Source: an uncultured Acidobacteriota bacterium (GTDB lineage: Bacteria > Acidobacteriota > Vicinamibacteria > Fen-336). From it: a stretch of 64,000 nt of DNA. The translations under genes and the position numbers were made by a program. The number at the start of each line of letters is the position of its first letter. Position 1 is the stretch's first letter. Below, one piece after another: positions 42,918 through 51,164 of this stretch. Location: positions 4,025,373 to 4,089,372 of the forward strand of contig OY970399.1 in NCBI GenBank assembly GCA_963720545.1. The letters are read 5' to 3'. The notes beneath the pieces were generated by a model. It was not told where the DNA came from. It worked only from the letters and a program-made list of their open reading frames with translations, and did not search any database.

Positions 42918-44075
42918 CTACTGCGCGCCGTAGTACTTGCGGCCAGGAGTGGGCGAGGGCGGCGGCGGCGCCTGATAGCGGCCCGACTCGACGTCGAGCC
43001 AGCGCATCATCAGCGCCTCGCGCTGCTTCATCTGCAGGTCCGCGCTGTCGGGCCGCGCACGCACCACCTCGTCCAGCACGCGCGCGTAGGTCCCGGTGGC
43101 GACGCCGATGAAGGCAACGATGCCGTCGTAGGCCGCGCCGAAGTCGTTCGCCTCGAACGTGACGGCGTCGCCGCTCGCCGAGAGCGCTATGCCCGGCACG
43201 TCTTTCAGCACCGCGAGGCTTGCCGGGGGCACGGCGCGCAGCGACGCCTGGATCGGTGCGCCGATCTTCATCACCTTCGCTTTGGCAAGGCTGCGCACGG
43301 CGTCCGCCGCCTGCGCGCGCATTTCGGCGTGCACCGTGGCGACGTCGCGCAGCTCTACGGTGCTGGCGCTCGTCGCCTTCTTGGTGGTGACGAAGCGGAT
43401 CCACGGCATCGTCTGCAGGTCCTTGGCCAGCTTGTCGTCCCCCGAGGCGAAGATGAAGGGCACACCGGCCCGGCCCCAGGACAGTGCCACCAGTTCCGTC
43501 TCGGTGACCGCGCGGCCGCTCAGGATGATGTCCATGCCGAGCGTGAAGGTGTGCGAGGCGAAACCGCCGCTGCCGGTCTTCGCGTGCATCGCGACCGCCA
43601 CCACCGCGTCGTACTTGCCCGGCTCCACGATGTCCACGTACTGGCGGAAACGGGTGTCGCGTGTCAGCTGCGTGGCGCGCTTGTCGAGCTTCGCCGGGAC
43701 GAGGTCAGGGTCGGGGTTGCCGCTGCCGTGCGCGTCCACGATCTCGACACTGGTGGCGCCGCCCGCGAACAGGCCGTCCACCACCGCGTTGATGTCGGCG
43801 GCCAGCAGCTCCTGTCCCTTCGGGTAGTAGGCCGGCTGCCAGAAGTTGAAGGTGCGGTAGTCGTCCTGGCCGCTCATGCCTTCCATGTCGTGGTACACGA
43901 GGACGCGGATCTCGCCGTCCTTGTGGGGTGCCGGCGACACCAGCTCGATGCCGCCGCCGGCGGGGTCCTTGGTGTCGGCGGCAGGGGACACGCGCCCGGC
44001 AGAAACCGAAGCGGCCTGAGTGAGAGTGACAGCGGCGATGGTCGTGGCGATGGCCAGGGTATTGCGGGGTCGCAT
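42918..44075 (-). CDS. Exported M55 (DppA-like) D-aminopeptidase
   Basis: DMEGMSG, DAHGSG, HAK..HT, SGDD; signal peptide. Confidence 0.85.
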   Translation of the reverse strand: MRPRNTLAIATTIAAVTLTQAASVSAGRVSPAADTKDPAGGGIELVSPAPHKDGEIRVLVYHDMEGMSGQDDYRTFNFWQPAYYPKGQELLAADINAVVDGLFAGGATSVEIVDAHGSGNPDPDLVPAKLDKRATQLTRDTRFRQYVDIVEPGKYDAVVAVAMHAKTGSGGFASHTFTLGMDIILSGRAVTETELVALSWGRAGVPFIFASGDDKLAKDLQTMPWIRFVTTKKATSASTVELRDVATVHAEMRAQAADAVRSLAKAKVMKIGAPIQASLRAVPPASLAVLKDVPGIALSASGDAVTFEANDFGAAYDGIVAFIGVATGTYARVLDEVVRARPDSADLQMKQREALMMRWLDVESGRYQAPPPPSPTPGRKYYGAQ

Positions 44076-44148
44076 GGCTGCCGAGTGTACTGCCGTTGCG
44101 TCTCTTGTAGGATGGCGCACCCTCGCTTACGTCAAGGAGTGCGGCACC

Positions 44149-44538
44149 ATGGGCACCAGCATCAAGGCTTCGTTGTACGCGCCGGTCCTGGTCGTGATGA
44201 ACGCCGCTGCCGCCCTGGCCCGCCAGCGCAGCGATGCGGGCGATCCTGCGGCCTGCGCCGCCTGCGGCAGCTGCGGTGCGTTTGGCGCGATGCTGGCCGT
44301 GATCCCCCTGGTGTTCCTGGTCGTGAACATCGCGCTTCTCGTGTGGGTGGCGCGCGATGCCAAGGCGCGTGGCATGGACAACGCCGTGCTGTGGATGATC
44401 CTGGTGATGTTCACGAGCGTGCTGGGCCTCATCCTCTACATCCTGTCGCGGCCGAAGGGCGACCTCGCCCCGTGCCCGCACTGCGGCAACCAGCGGCTTT
44501 CGGCCAGCGCGAAATGCCCCCATTGTGGAAATTCCTGA
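44149..44538 (+). CDS. Small membrane protein with C-terminal zinc ribbon
   Basis: AAGGAG SD; WVARDAKARG..LW..GLILY TM hairpin; CPHC..CPHC. Confidence 0.75.
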   Translation: MGTSIKASLYAPVLVVMNAAAALARQRSDAGDPAACAACGSCGAFGAMLAVIPLVFLVVNIALLVWVARDAKARGMDNAVLWMILVMFTSVLGLILYILSRPKGDLAPCPHCGNQRLSASAKCPHCGNS

Positions 44539-44843
44539 AGCGTCCGCACCCCTGGCTCGCGGCAGTCGTCGCGTTCTCGGTGCTGGCGCTCGTCGATACT
44601 CATCGTGACCCGTCGCGGCAGCTCACGGGCCGCGCCTGGATCGCCTCGGTGCGCGTTTACCAGCGGTTCGCGAGCCCGCAGCTCGCCGCGCACATCCGCT
44701 GCCGCTACCAACCGACCTGTTCGGAGTACTCGATCGGTGCGGTCGCGCGCCATGGCATCGCCGCGGGCCTGCTCATGACCTGGCGCCGGGTGCGCTCGTG
44801 CACCGAGTCGGTGCCTTTCGGCACCGCCGATCCCGTGCCTTAG
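44514..44843 (+). CDS. yidD: YidD-like membrane protein insertion efficiency factor
   Basis: YQRFASP, CRYQPTCSEY, RVRSC, DPVP. Confidence 0.75.
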   Translation: MPPLWKFLKRPHPWLAAVVAFSVLALVDTHRDPSRQLTGRAWIASVRVYQRFASPQLAAHIRCRYQPTCSEYSIGAVARHGIAAGLLMTWRRVRSCTESVPFGTADPVP

Positions 44844-44944
44844 GACTCCTCGCGCGCGATGGCGTGGCAGGTGAGCTGGCGCCGCCGCCGGCCGTCAGGC
44901 GACTACAATTCCGGCATCGTGACCCCTCTGCCGCAGGCAGATTC

Positions 44945-47170
44945 GTGAAGATCGTCAGCGCCGGCGGCGGGCCGGCCGGGCTCTTCTTCGCCATCCTCAT
45001 GAAGCAGCTCGACCCGCGCCACGACATCACCGTGCTCGAGCGCAATCGGCCCGGGGATGCCTTTGGCTGGGGCGTCGTCTTCTCCGACGATACCCTGGCG
45101 CATTTCGCCGCCGCCGACAGCGAAGTGCACCGCGCCATCACGGAGCGGTTCGTCTACTGGAACGAGATGGACGTGTACGTGCACGGACAGAAGCTGCGCA
45201 CCGCCGGTCACGGCTTCTGCGGCATCGCGCGCAAGTCGCTGCTCGAGGTGCTGCAGCAGCGTGCCGCGCGCCTCGGCGTGCGCCTCGTGTTCGAGAGGGA
45301 GGTGCGCGGGCGCGCCGACGCCGGCGACGCCGACCTCGTGATCGCAGCCGACGGGGTCAACAGCCGGCTGCGCGAGGAAGCCGCCGCGCGCTTCGCCCCG
45401 GCCATTTCATGGGGACGCTGCCGCTTCTCGTGGCTCGGCACCTCGTTGCCGCTCGACGCATTCACGTTCGTCTTCAAGGAGAGCGAGCACGGCCTCTTCC
45501 AGGCGCACGCCTATCCATTTCAGCAGGGCCTCAGCACGTTCATCGTCGAATGCCATGAGGAGGTGTGGAAGCGCGCCGGGCTGGAGACGGCAAGCGAAGC
45601 GGAGACGGTGCGCTACCTCGAGAACCTGTTCCGCGACGACCTGAAGGGCCACCCCCTGCTCACCAACAACTCGGTGTGGCGCGCATTTCCGGTGGTGGTG
45701 AACGACGCATGGACCAGCGGCCACGTGGTGCTGATGGGCGACGCGGCCCACACGGCGCACTTCTCGATCGGCTCGGGCACCAAGCTCGCCATGGAAGATG
45801 CCGTCAGCCTGGCGGGTGCGTTCCGCGAAGCAGGCGGCCGGGACGTTGCGGCGACGCTCGCCGCCTACGAGGCGGAACGCCGTCCTGTGGTGGCAAGGTT
45901 CCAGTCGGCGGCGCGCACCAGCCAGGAATGGTTCGAGAACAGCGCGCGGCACCTGGCACTCGATCCGGCGCGCTTCACCTTCAGCCTGCTGACCCGCAGC
46001 AAGCGTGTCACCTACGAGACGCTGCGCGAACGCGACCCGGAGCTGGTCGCCGCCGCGGCCGCGTCGTTCGCCGGGCCCGGCGCCGTGCCGGCCCCGCCGT
46101 ACCTGCGCCCGTTCTCGCTCGGCGCGCTGCAGCTGCGGAACAGGGTGGTCGTGTCACCCATGTGCCAGTACTCGAGCGACGACGGCACGCCCAACGATTG
46201 GCACCTCGTGCACCTGGGCAGCCGCGCGCTGGGCGGCGCCGGGCTTGTCATCACCGAGGCGACCCACGTCGCCGCCGACGGCCGCATCTCGCCTCGGTGT
46301 GCCGGGATGTACGCAGCGAAGCATGTGCCGGCATGGCGGCGCGTTGTCGACTTCGTGCACGGATCGAGCGGCGCCCGCATCGGCATGCAGTTGAGCCACG
46401 CCGGCCGCAAGGGCGCGACCGACGTTCCGTGGCGCGGCGGCATGCCGCTGCAGGAAGGTGCCTGGCCGCTGCTGGCGCCGTCGCCCCTTGCGTACGATGC
46501 CGGCTGGCAGGTGCCGCAGGCCATGACCCGCGACGACATGGACCGCATCCGTAGCGAGTTCGTGCGCGCCGCGGAGATGGCGGACGACGCCGGCTTCGAC
46601 ATGCTCGAGCTGCACCTCGCGCACGGCTACCTGCTCGCCACGTTCCTTTCGCCGCTCACCAACCGGCGCGCCGACGACTACGGCGGCCCCATCGCGAACC
46701 GGCTGCTGTTTCCGCTCGAGGTGTTCGACGCGGTGCGCAAGGTGTGGCCCCGGCAAAAGCCCATCACGGCGCGCATTTCGGCCACCGACTGGAAGCCCGG
46801 CGGCCTCGATGCGGCGGATCGCGTGGCGATTGCCCGCGCCTTGAAGGAGCACGGCTGCGACGGGATCACCGTTTCGAGCGGCAGCACCGTTCCCGACCAG
46901 CAGCCCGTCTACGGGCGGATGTGGAACGCCGGCTTCAGCGACGAGATCCGCAGCGAGGCGGGCATCCCGACCCTGTGCGTCGGCAACATCCAGGACACCG
47001 ACCAGTGCAATACGCTCCTCGTGTCCGGACGCGCGGACCTGTGCGTGCTGGCCCGCGCGCATCTCGCCGACCCGTACCTGACGCTGCGCGCCGCGGCGGC
47101 GGATGGCCACGACGACGGCTATTGGCCGGTGCAATACGAGCTGGGTCGGCCGCAGAAGCGGCGCGGCTAG
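44945..47170 (+). CDS. Bifunctional salicylyl-CoA 5-hydroxylase / anthraniloyl-CoA monooxygenase-reductase (FAD monooxygenase + OYE domain)
   Basis: GGGPAGL, FGWGVVFSD, GDAAHTAHFSIGSGTKLA, SPMCQYS, HGYLL. Confidence 0.9.
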   Translation: MKIVSAGGGPAGLFFAILMKQLDPRHDITVLERNRPGDAFGWGVVFSDDTLAHFAAADSEVHRAITERFVYWNEMDVYVHGQKLRTAGHGFCGIARKSLLEVLQQRAARLGVRLVFEREVRGRADAGDADLVIAADGVNSRLREEAAARFAPAISWGRCRFSWLGTSLPLDAFTFVFKESEHGLFQAHAYPFQQGLSTFIVECHEEVWKRAGLETASEAETVRYLENLFRDDLKGHPLLTNNSVWRAFPVVVNDAWTSGHVVLMGDAAHTAHFSIGSGTKLAMEDAVSLAGAFREAGGRDVAATLAAYEAERRPVVARFQSAARTSQEWFENSARHLALDPARFTFSLLTRSKRVTYETLRERDPELVAAAAASFAGPGAVPAPPYLRPFSLGALQLRNRVVVSPMCQYSSDDGTPNDWHLVHLGSRALGGAGLVITEATHVAADGRISPRCAGMYAAKHVPAWRRVVDFVHGSSGARIGMQLSHAGRKGATDVPWRGGMPLQEGAWPLLAPSPLAYDAGWQVPQAMTRDDMDRIRSEFVRAAEMADDAGFDMLELHLAHGYLLATFLSPLTNRRADDYGGPIANRLLFPLEVFDAVRKVWPRQKPITARISATDWKPGGLDAADRVAIARALKEHGCDGITVSSGSTVPDQQPVYGRMWNAGFSDEIRSEAGIPTLCVGNIQDTDQCNTLLVSGRADLCVLARAHLADPYLTLRAAAADGHDDGYWPVQYELGRPQKRRG

Positions 47171-48168
47171 CGCTTCGGCGCGGCCGGCGGTGAGCGGCGG
47201 AAGAAGTCGCTGAGGGCGCCGCGCACCGCGCCGGGGCATTCGAGATAGGCGAAGTGCCCGCAGTTCGCGAGCGTCGTGAGGCGCGCGCCCGAGATGGCAC
47301 GGGCGATGTTGGCGGCCACTTCCGGCGGAATGAAGTCGTGGTCGCCGGTGATCACCAGCGTCGGGATGTTGAGGCTGCGCAGCTTCGGCAGCAGGTCGTA
47401 GCCCGGCACCTGCCACGTGTCGCGCATCAGCCGGTCTTCCGCGGCACGCGCCTTCAGGATGCCTGCGCTGCCCTGGCTTGCGAACGCCGATTGCATCGCG
47501 GCCATCAGCCGCTCGTAGTCTTCGCCGCGCGCGAATGCATTCTTGAAGTGCAGGCGATAGCGCGCCGCGACCGCCGCGGGATCGCCGCTCTGGTAGGCGG
47601 TAGCCGCAACCATCGCCTTCTGGCGCTCGAAGTCGGGGCCAAGTCCCTCTGCGTAGGCCTTGCGGAACGCCGCGAGGTCGGTCGCGGAAACCGGTGCGGG
47701 GTTCATCAGGATGAGGCGCGACACCCGTGACGGACGGCGCAGCGCGTACTCGAGCGCCAGCAGCGCGCCCCAGGAATGACCGAGCAGCACGGCCTGGTCG
47801 AGCTGGAAGTGCTGGCGCACCTTGTCGAGGTCCTCGAGGTCGGACGCGAGCGTGACGTCGCCGGGCCGAACGTCGTCCGCCGAGCTCCCGCGCCCGCGCT
47901 GGTCGTAGTAGATGAGGCGGAACGAATCGGCGAGCTGGTCGAGGTCGGGCAGCAGGTACCCGTGGTCGAAGTCGGGCCCGCCGTGCAGCACCAGGGTCGC
48001 GGGCCCGGCGCCGATCTCACGCGCATAGAGCGACGCCTTGCCAACCTGGATGCGGCTTTCTCGCGGCACGCTCACCCGGTCGCCCTGCTGTGCCCGGACC
48101 GAGCCGGTCCCTGGCGCCATGAGCGCCGTCACTATCGCGACGCCAGCGAGGATCCGCCCCATCCTCAT
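47167..48168 (-). CDS. Exported alpha/beta hydrolase, proline iminopeptidase-like
   Basis: HGGP, YDQRGRG, GHSWG, CGH; signal peptide. Confidence 0.85.
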   Translation of the reverse strand: MRMGRILAGVAIVTALMAPGTGSVRAQQGDRVSVPRESRIQVGKASLYAREIGAGPATLVLHGGPDFDHGYLLPDLDQLADSFRLIYYDQRGRGSSADDVRPGDVTLASDLEDLDKVRQHFQLDQAVLLGHSWGALLALEYALRRPSRVSRLILMNPAPVSATDLAAFRKAYAEGLGPDFERQKAMVAATAYQSGDPAAVAARYRLHFKNAFARGEDYERLMAAMQSAFASQGSAGILKARAAEDRLMRDTWQVPGYDLLPKLRSLNIPTLVITGDHDFIPPEVAANIARAISGARLTTLANCGHFAYLECPGAVRGALSDFFRRSPPAAPKR

Positions 48169-48285
48169 GGCGGTGACGCTAGTCCTGCGGCAGGGCCGCC
48201 GCAAGGTCTGTCCATCGGGGCCGCCAACGCCCCTGGCGTGTGTCGTGCCGCACCGGAGAGTTGGCGGCCGCGCGCGAGACTTCTC

Positions 48286-48359
48286 GTTGCTCCTGAAAGC
48301 CACGGCCTTTGCTGCTCCAGCGCGAGAGATGGAGCGGCTGCGTGGCTTCCGGGAGCAAC
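48286..48359. repeat. Long imperfect intergenic palindrome
   Basis: GTTGCTCCTGAAAGCCACG pairs with CGTGGCTTCCGGGAGCAAC (17/19); inner GCTGCTCCA/TGGAGCGGC stem. Confidence 0.7.
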
Positions 48360-48390
48360 CCTGCGCCTTCGTCCTAGAATCGGTGCGGAC

Positions 48391-49905
48391 ATGTGGGACC
48401 GTTCGTTCAGCCTGGACGCGACTGCCGGCCGTCCGCTGTTCCTGCAGGTGACGATGGCGGTTATCGGCGACATTCGCCGCGGCCGGTTGCGCCGGGGCGA
48501 TCGCATGCCTGGTTCGCGCGCGCTGGCCAGCCAGCTGGGTGTCAGCCGCATCACGGTCGCTACCGCGTACGACGAGCTGATCGCCGAAGGCTGGCTCGTG
48601 TCGCGCCGTACGAGCGGCACATTCGTGGCGGACGATTTGCCCGCAGAACCGCTGCCGTGGGCGGGCGAGGCCGCCGAAGCGCAACGCGCGCGGCCCGCGC
48701 CGCTCTACCAGGTGCCCGCGGCGCCTCCGCTGCTGCGATGGCCAACGCCGGCGGCCGGGCGCCTCGTGTTTCGCAGCAGCCATCCGGACGTGCGGCTGGC
48801 GCCGACCCGTCTCCTGGCGCGCGAGTACCGGCGCGCCATCGAGCGCAATCACGGACACGCCCTGGGCTATGGACCGACCGCCGGCCACGAGGCGCTCCGC
48901 GCCGAGATTGCGCAGATGCTGCGCTCGCTGCGCGGCCTGCCGGTCTGCGCCGATGAGATCCTGGTGACGAGCGGCAGCCAGATGGCGCTGGCGCTCACCG
49001 CGCGCGGCCTGCTGCGGCCCGGCGACGCGGTGGCGGTGGAGTCGTTCAGCTATCCGAACGCATGGAAGGCGCTGCGGGAGGGCGGGGCGCGCCTGGTGCC
49101 GGTGCCCGTGGACGCGCACGGAATGGACGTCGAGCGGCTCGCGAGCCTGGCCGCCTCGGAACGCATCGCCGCGGTCTATCTCACGCCGCAGCATCAACTG
49201 CCCACGACGGTAACGCTTTGCGGCCGGCGGCGCACGGCGCTGCTGCGCCTGGCGGCCGAGCGCTCCATCCTGGTGATCGAAGACGACTACGACCACGAGT
49301 TCCACTACGACGGACCGCGCATGCCGCCGCTCGCGAGCGCCGATACCGCCGGCGTGGTGGTTTACATCGGCTCGCTGTCGAAGGTGCTGGCGCCGGGCCT
49401 GCGGCTTGGCTATCTTGCCGCGCCGGCGCCGGTCGTCGAGACGCTGGCGGCGCATCGCCAGACGCTCGACATCCAGGGAGACCACGCCATGCAGGCGGCG
49501 GTCGCTGCCCTACTCGCGGACGGCGAGGTGCAGCGGCACATTCATCGCGTCAGCCGCATCTATCATGCGCGGCGCGACCTCGCGGTGGCACTCCTGCGCA
49601 AACACCTGGGCAGTGTGCTCGAGCTTGGCGTGCCGGCGGGCGGCATGGGGCTGTGGCCGAGGGTTGCCCCGGATGTGGACGTCGACGACTGGGCGTCGGC
49701 TGCCCGCGAGCGCGGCGCCGAGTTCCTGCCGGCGCGGGTTTTCGCAGTCGACGGGCAGGCCGCCAGCGCGATGCGGCTGGGGTTCGCATCCTTGAACGAA
49801 GCCGAACTGGAAACGGCAATCCTGCGCCTCGCCGCGGCCTTGCCGGGTGCCAGGGTAGTGAGCGGGACCACGGATGAGGCGCGCCTGGCCGCACCCGGTT
49901 CCTGA
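48391..49905 (+). CDS. MocR/GabR family PLP-dependent GntR regulator
   Basis: N-terminal PGSRALA..GVSRITV HTH; EDDYD; SLSKVLAPGLRLG. Confidence 0.92.
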   Translation: MWDRSFSLDATAGRPLFLQVTMAVIGDIRRGRLRRGDRMPGSRALASQLGVSRITVATAYDELIAEGWLVSRRTSGTFVADDLPAEPLPWAGEAAEAQRARPAPLYQVPAAPPLLRWPTPAAGRLVFRSSHPDVRLAPTRLLAREYRRAIERNHGHALGYGPTAGHEALRAEIAQMLRSLRGLPVCADEILVTSGSQMALALTARGLLRPGDAVAVESFSYPNAWKALREGGARLVPVPVDAHGMDVERLASLAASERIAAVYLTPQHQLPTTVTLCGRRRTALLRLAAERSILVIEDDYDHEFHYDGPRMPPLASADTAGVVVYIGSLSKVLAPGLRLGYLAAPAPVVETLAAHRQTLDIQGDHAMQAAVAALLADGEVQRHIHRVSRIYHARRDLAVALLRKHLGSVLELGVPAGGMGLWPRVAPDVDVDDWASAARERGAEFLPARVFAVDGQAASAMRLGFASLNEAELETAILRLAAALPGARVVSGTTDEARLAAPGS

Positions 49906-49949
49906 AACTGGCCGTTCGCATTCAATCCAGCTTGCGCTCCAATGGCTGG

Positions 49950-51035
49950 ATGAATCGCAGCAGCTTCTTCCCGGGAATGTGCACCGCGCTGTTGCTGGCC
50001 CTTGGCGCCGGTCCGGCGCGCGCGCAGTTCAAGAACGGCAACCAGTCGGTCATGCTGGACCTGCCGACGATCAGCCAGCGCGCGACGGTGACGCAGCGCA
50101 TCGGCGTCACGGATATCACGGTCGCGTACCATCGCCCGGCCGTTGCCGGCCGCAAGGTGTTCGGCGAGCTCGTCCCATACGACCGCGTGTGGCGCGCCGG
50201 AGCCAACGACAATGCCACGATCGAGTTTCGCGATCCCGTCGTCGTCGAAGGCAAGCCACTGCCGCCTGGCCGCTACGGCCTGCACATGATCCCGACCGCC
50301 GGCGACTGGACCGTGATCCTGTCGCGCAACTCGACATCGTGGGGCAGCTTCTCCTACGACCCCGCGGAAGACGCGCTGCGGATTCCGGTGCACGCCACCG
50401 AATCCGACTTCCACGAGTTGTTGACGTTCGAGTTCACCGCGGTGTCGCCCCCCGGCGCGACCCTGAGCATGAAATGGGAGCGCACGGCGGTGGCGCTGCG
50501 CTTCGAGGTGGACGTCCACAAGCTGGCGCTCGAGAGCATCCGCAACCAGTTGCGCAACCTGCCTGGCTACAAGGCCGAGGCTTGGGCCGACGCCGCGATG
50601 TATTGCCTCGACAACGGCATCGACTACGACGAGGCGCTGCGCTTCATCGATCGCTCGATAGAGATGGAGCCAGGCTTCGACAACGCGGCCATCAAGGTGA
50701 GGCTGCTCGAAGCCACCGGCCGCAAGGCCGAGGCCCAGGCGCTGTTCGCGCAGACGCTTCCGAGCGCACAACCGGAACAGCTCTACGTGTACGCCGACGG
50801 ATTGCTGAAAGAAAACCGCCGCGATGAGGGCCTCGCGCTCTTCGCGACGAACGCCCGCGAGCATCCTGAGTCATGGATCGCGCTCGTCGGCCGCGCCCGC
50901 GCCGAGGCATCACGAGGCGACCGAGCGCTCGCGCGCAGGACATTGGAGAGTGCCAGGACGCGAGCGCCCGGCAACGGGCAGCGCGTGCTCGTCGATCGCC
51001 TGCTGAAACGGCTCGACGCGGGCGAGCAGATCTGA
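49950..51035 (+). CDS. DUF2911 domain protein with TPR C-terminus
   Basis: QRIGVTDITVAYHRP, LVPY..VWRAGAN, WGSFSYD. Confidence 0.85.
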   Translation: MNRSSFFPGMCTALLLALGAGPARAQFKNGNQSVMLDLPTISQRATVTQRIGVTDITVAYHRPAVAGRKVFGELVPYDRVWRAGANDNATIEFRDPVVVEGKPLPPGRYGLHMIPTAGDWTVILSRNSTSWGSFSYDPAEDALRIPVHATESDFHELLTFEFTAVSPPGATLSMKWERTAVALRFEVDVHKLALESIRNQLRNLPGYKAEAWADAAMYCLDNGIDYDEALRFIDRSIEMEPGFDNAAIKVRLLEATGRKAEAQALFAQTLPSAQPEQLYVYADGLLKENRRDEGLALFATNAREHPESWIALVGRARAEASRGDRALARRTLESARTRAPGNGQRVLVDRLLKRLDAGEQI

Positions 51036-51059
51036 TTTCCAGTTGACACCGGGAACATT

Positions 51060-51129
51060 GGGGCCGAGAGTGCTGCCGGTGGTTCCCTCTAGACCCCTAT
51101 CCGGAAGGGGCCGCCACACGCTCGGTCCC
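51060..51129. repeat. Imperfect hairpin between convergent genes
   Basis: GGGGCCGAGAGTG / CACGCTCGGTCCC outer stem plus a G-U-rich inner stem. Confidence 0.5.
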
Positions 51130-51164
51130 GTGGAGATGCTCTCGCCGCGGGCCGGGCGTCTTGC

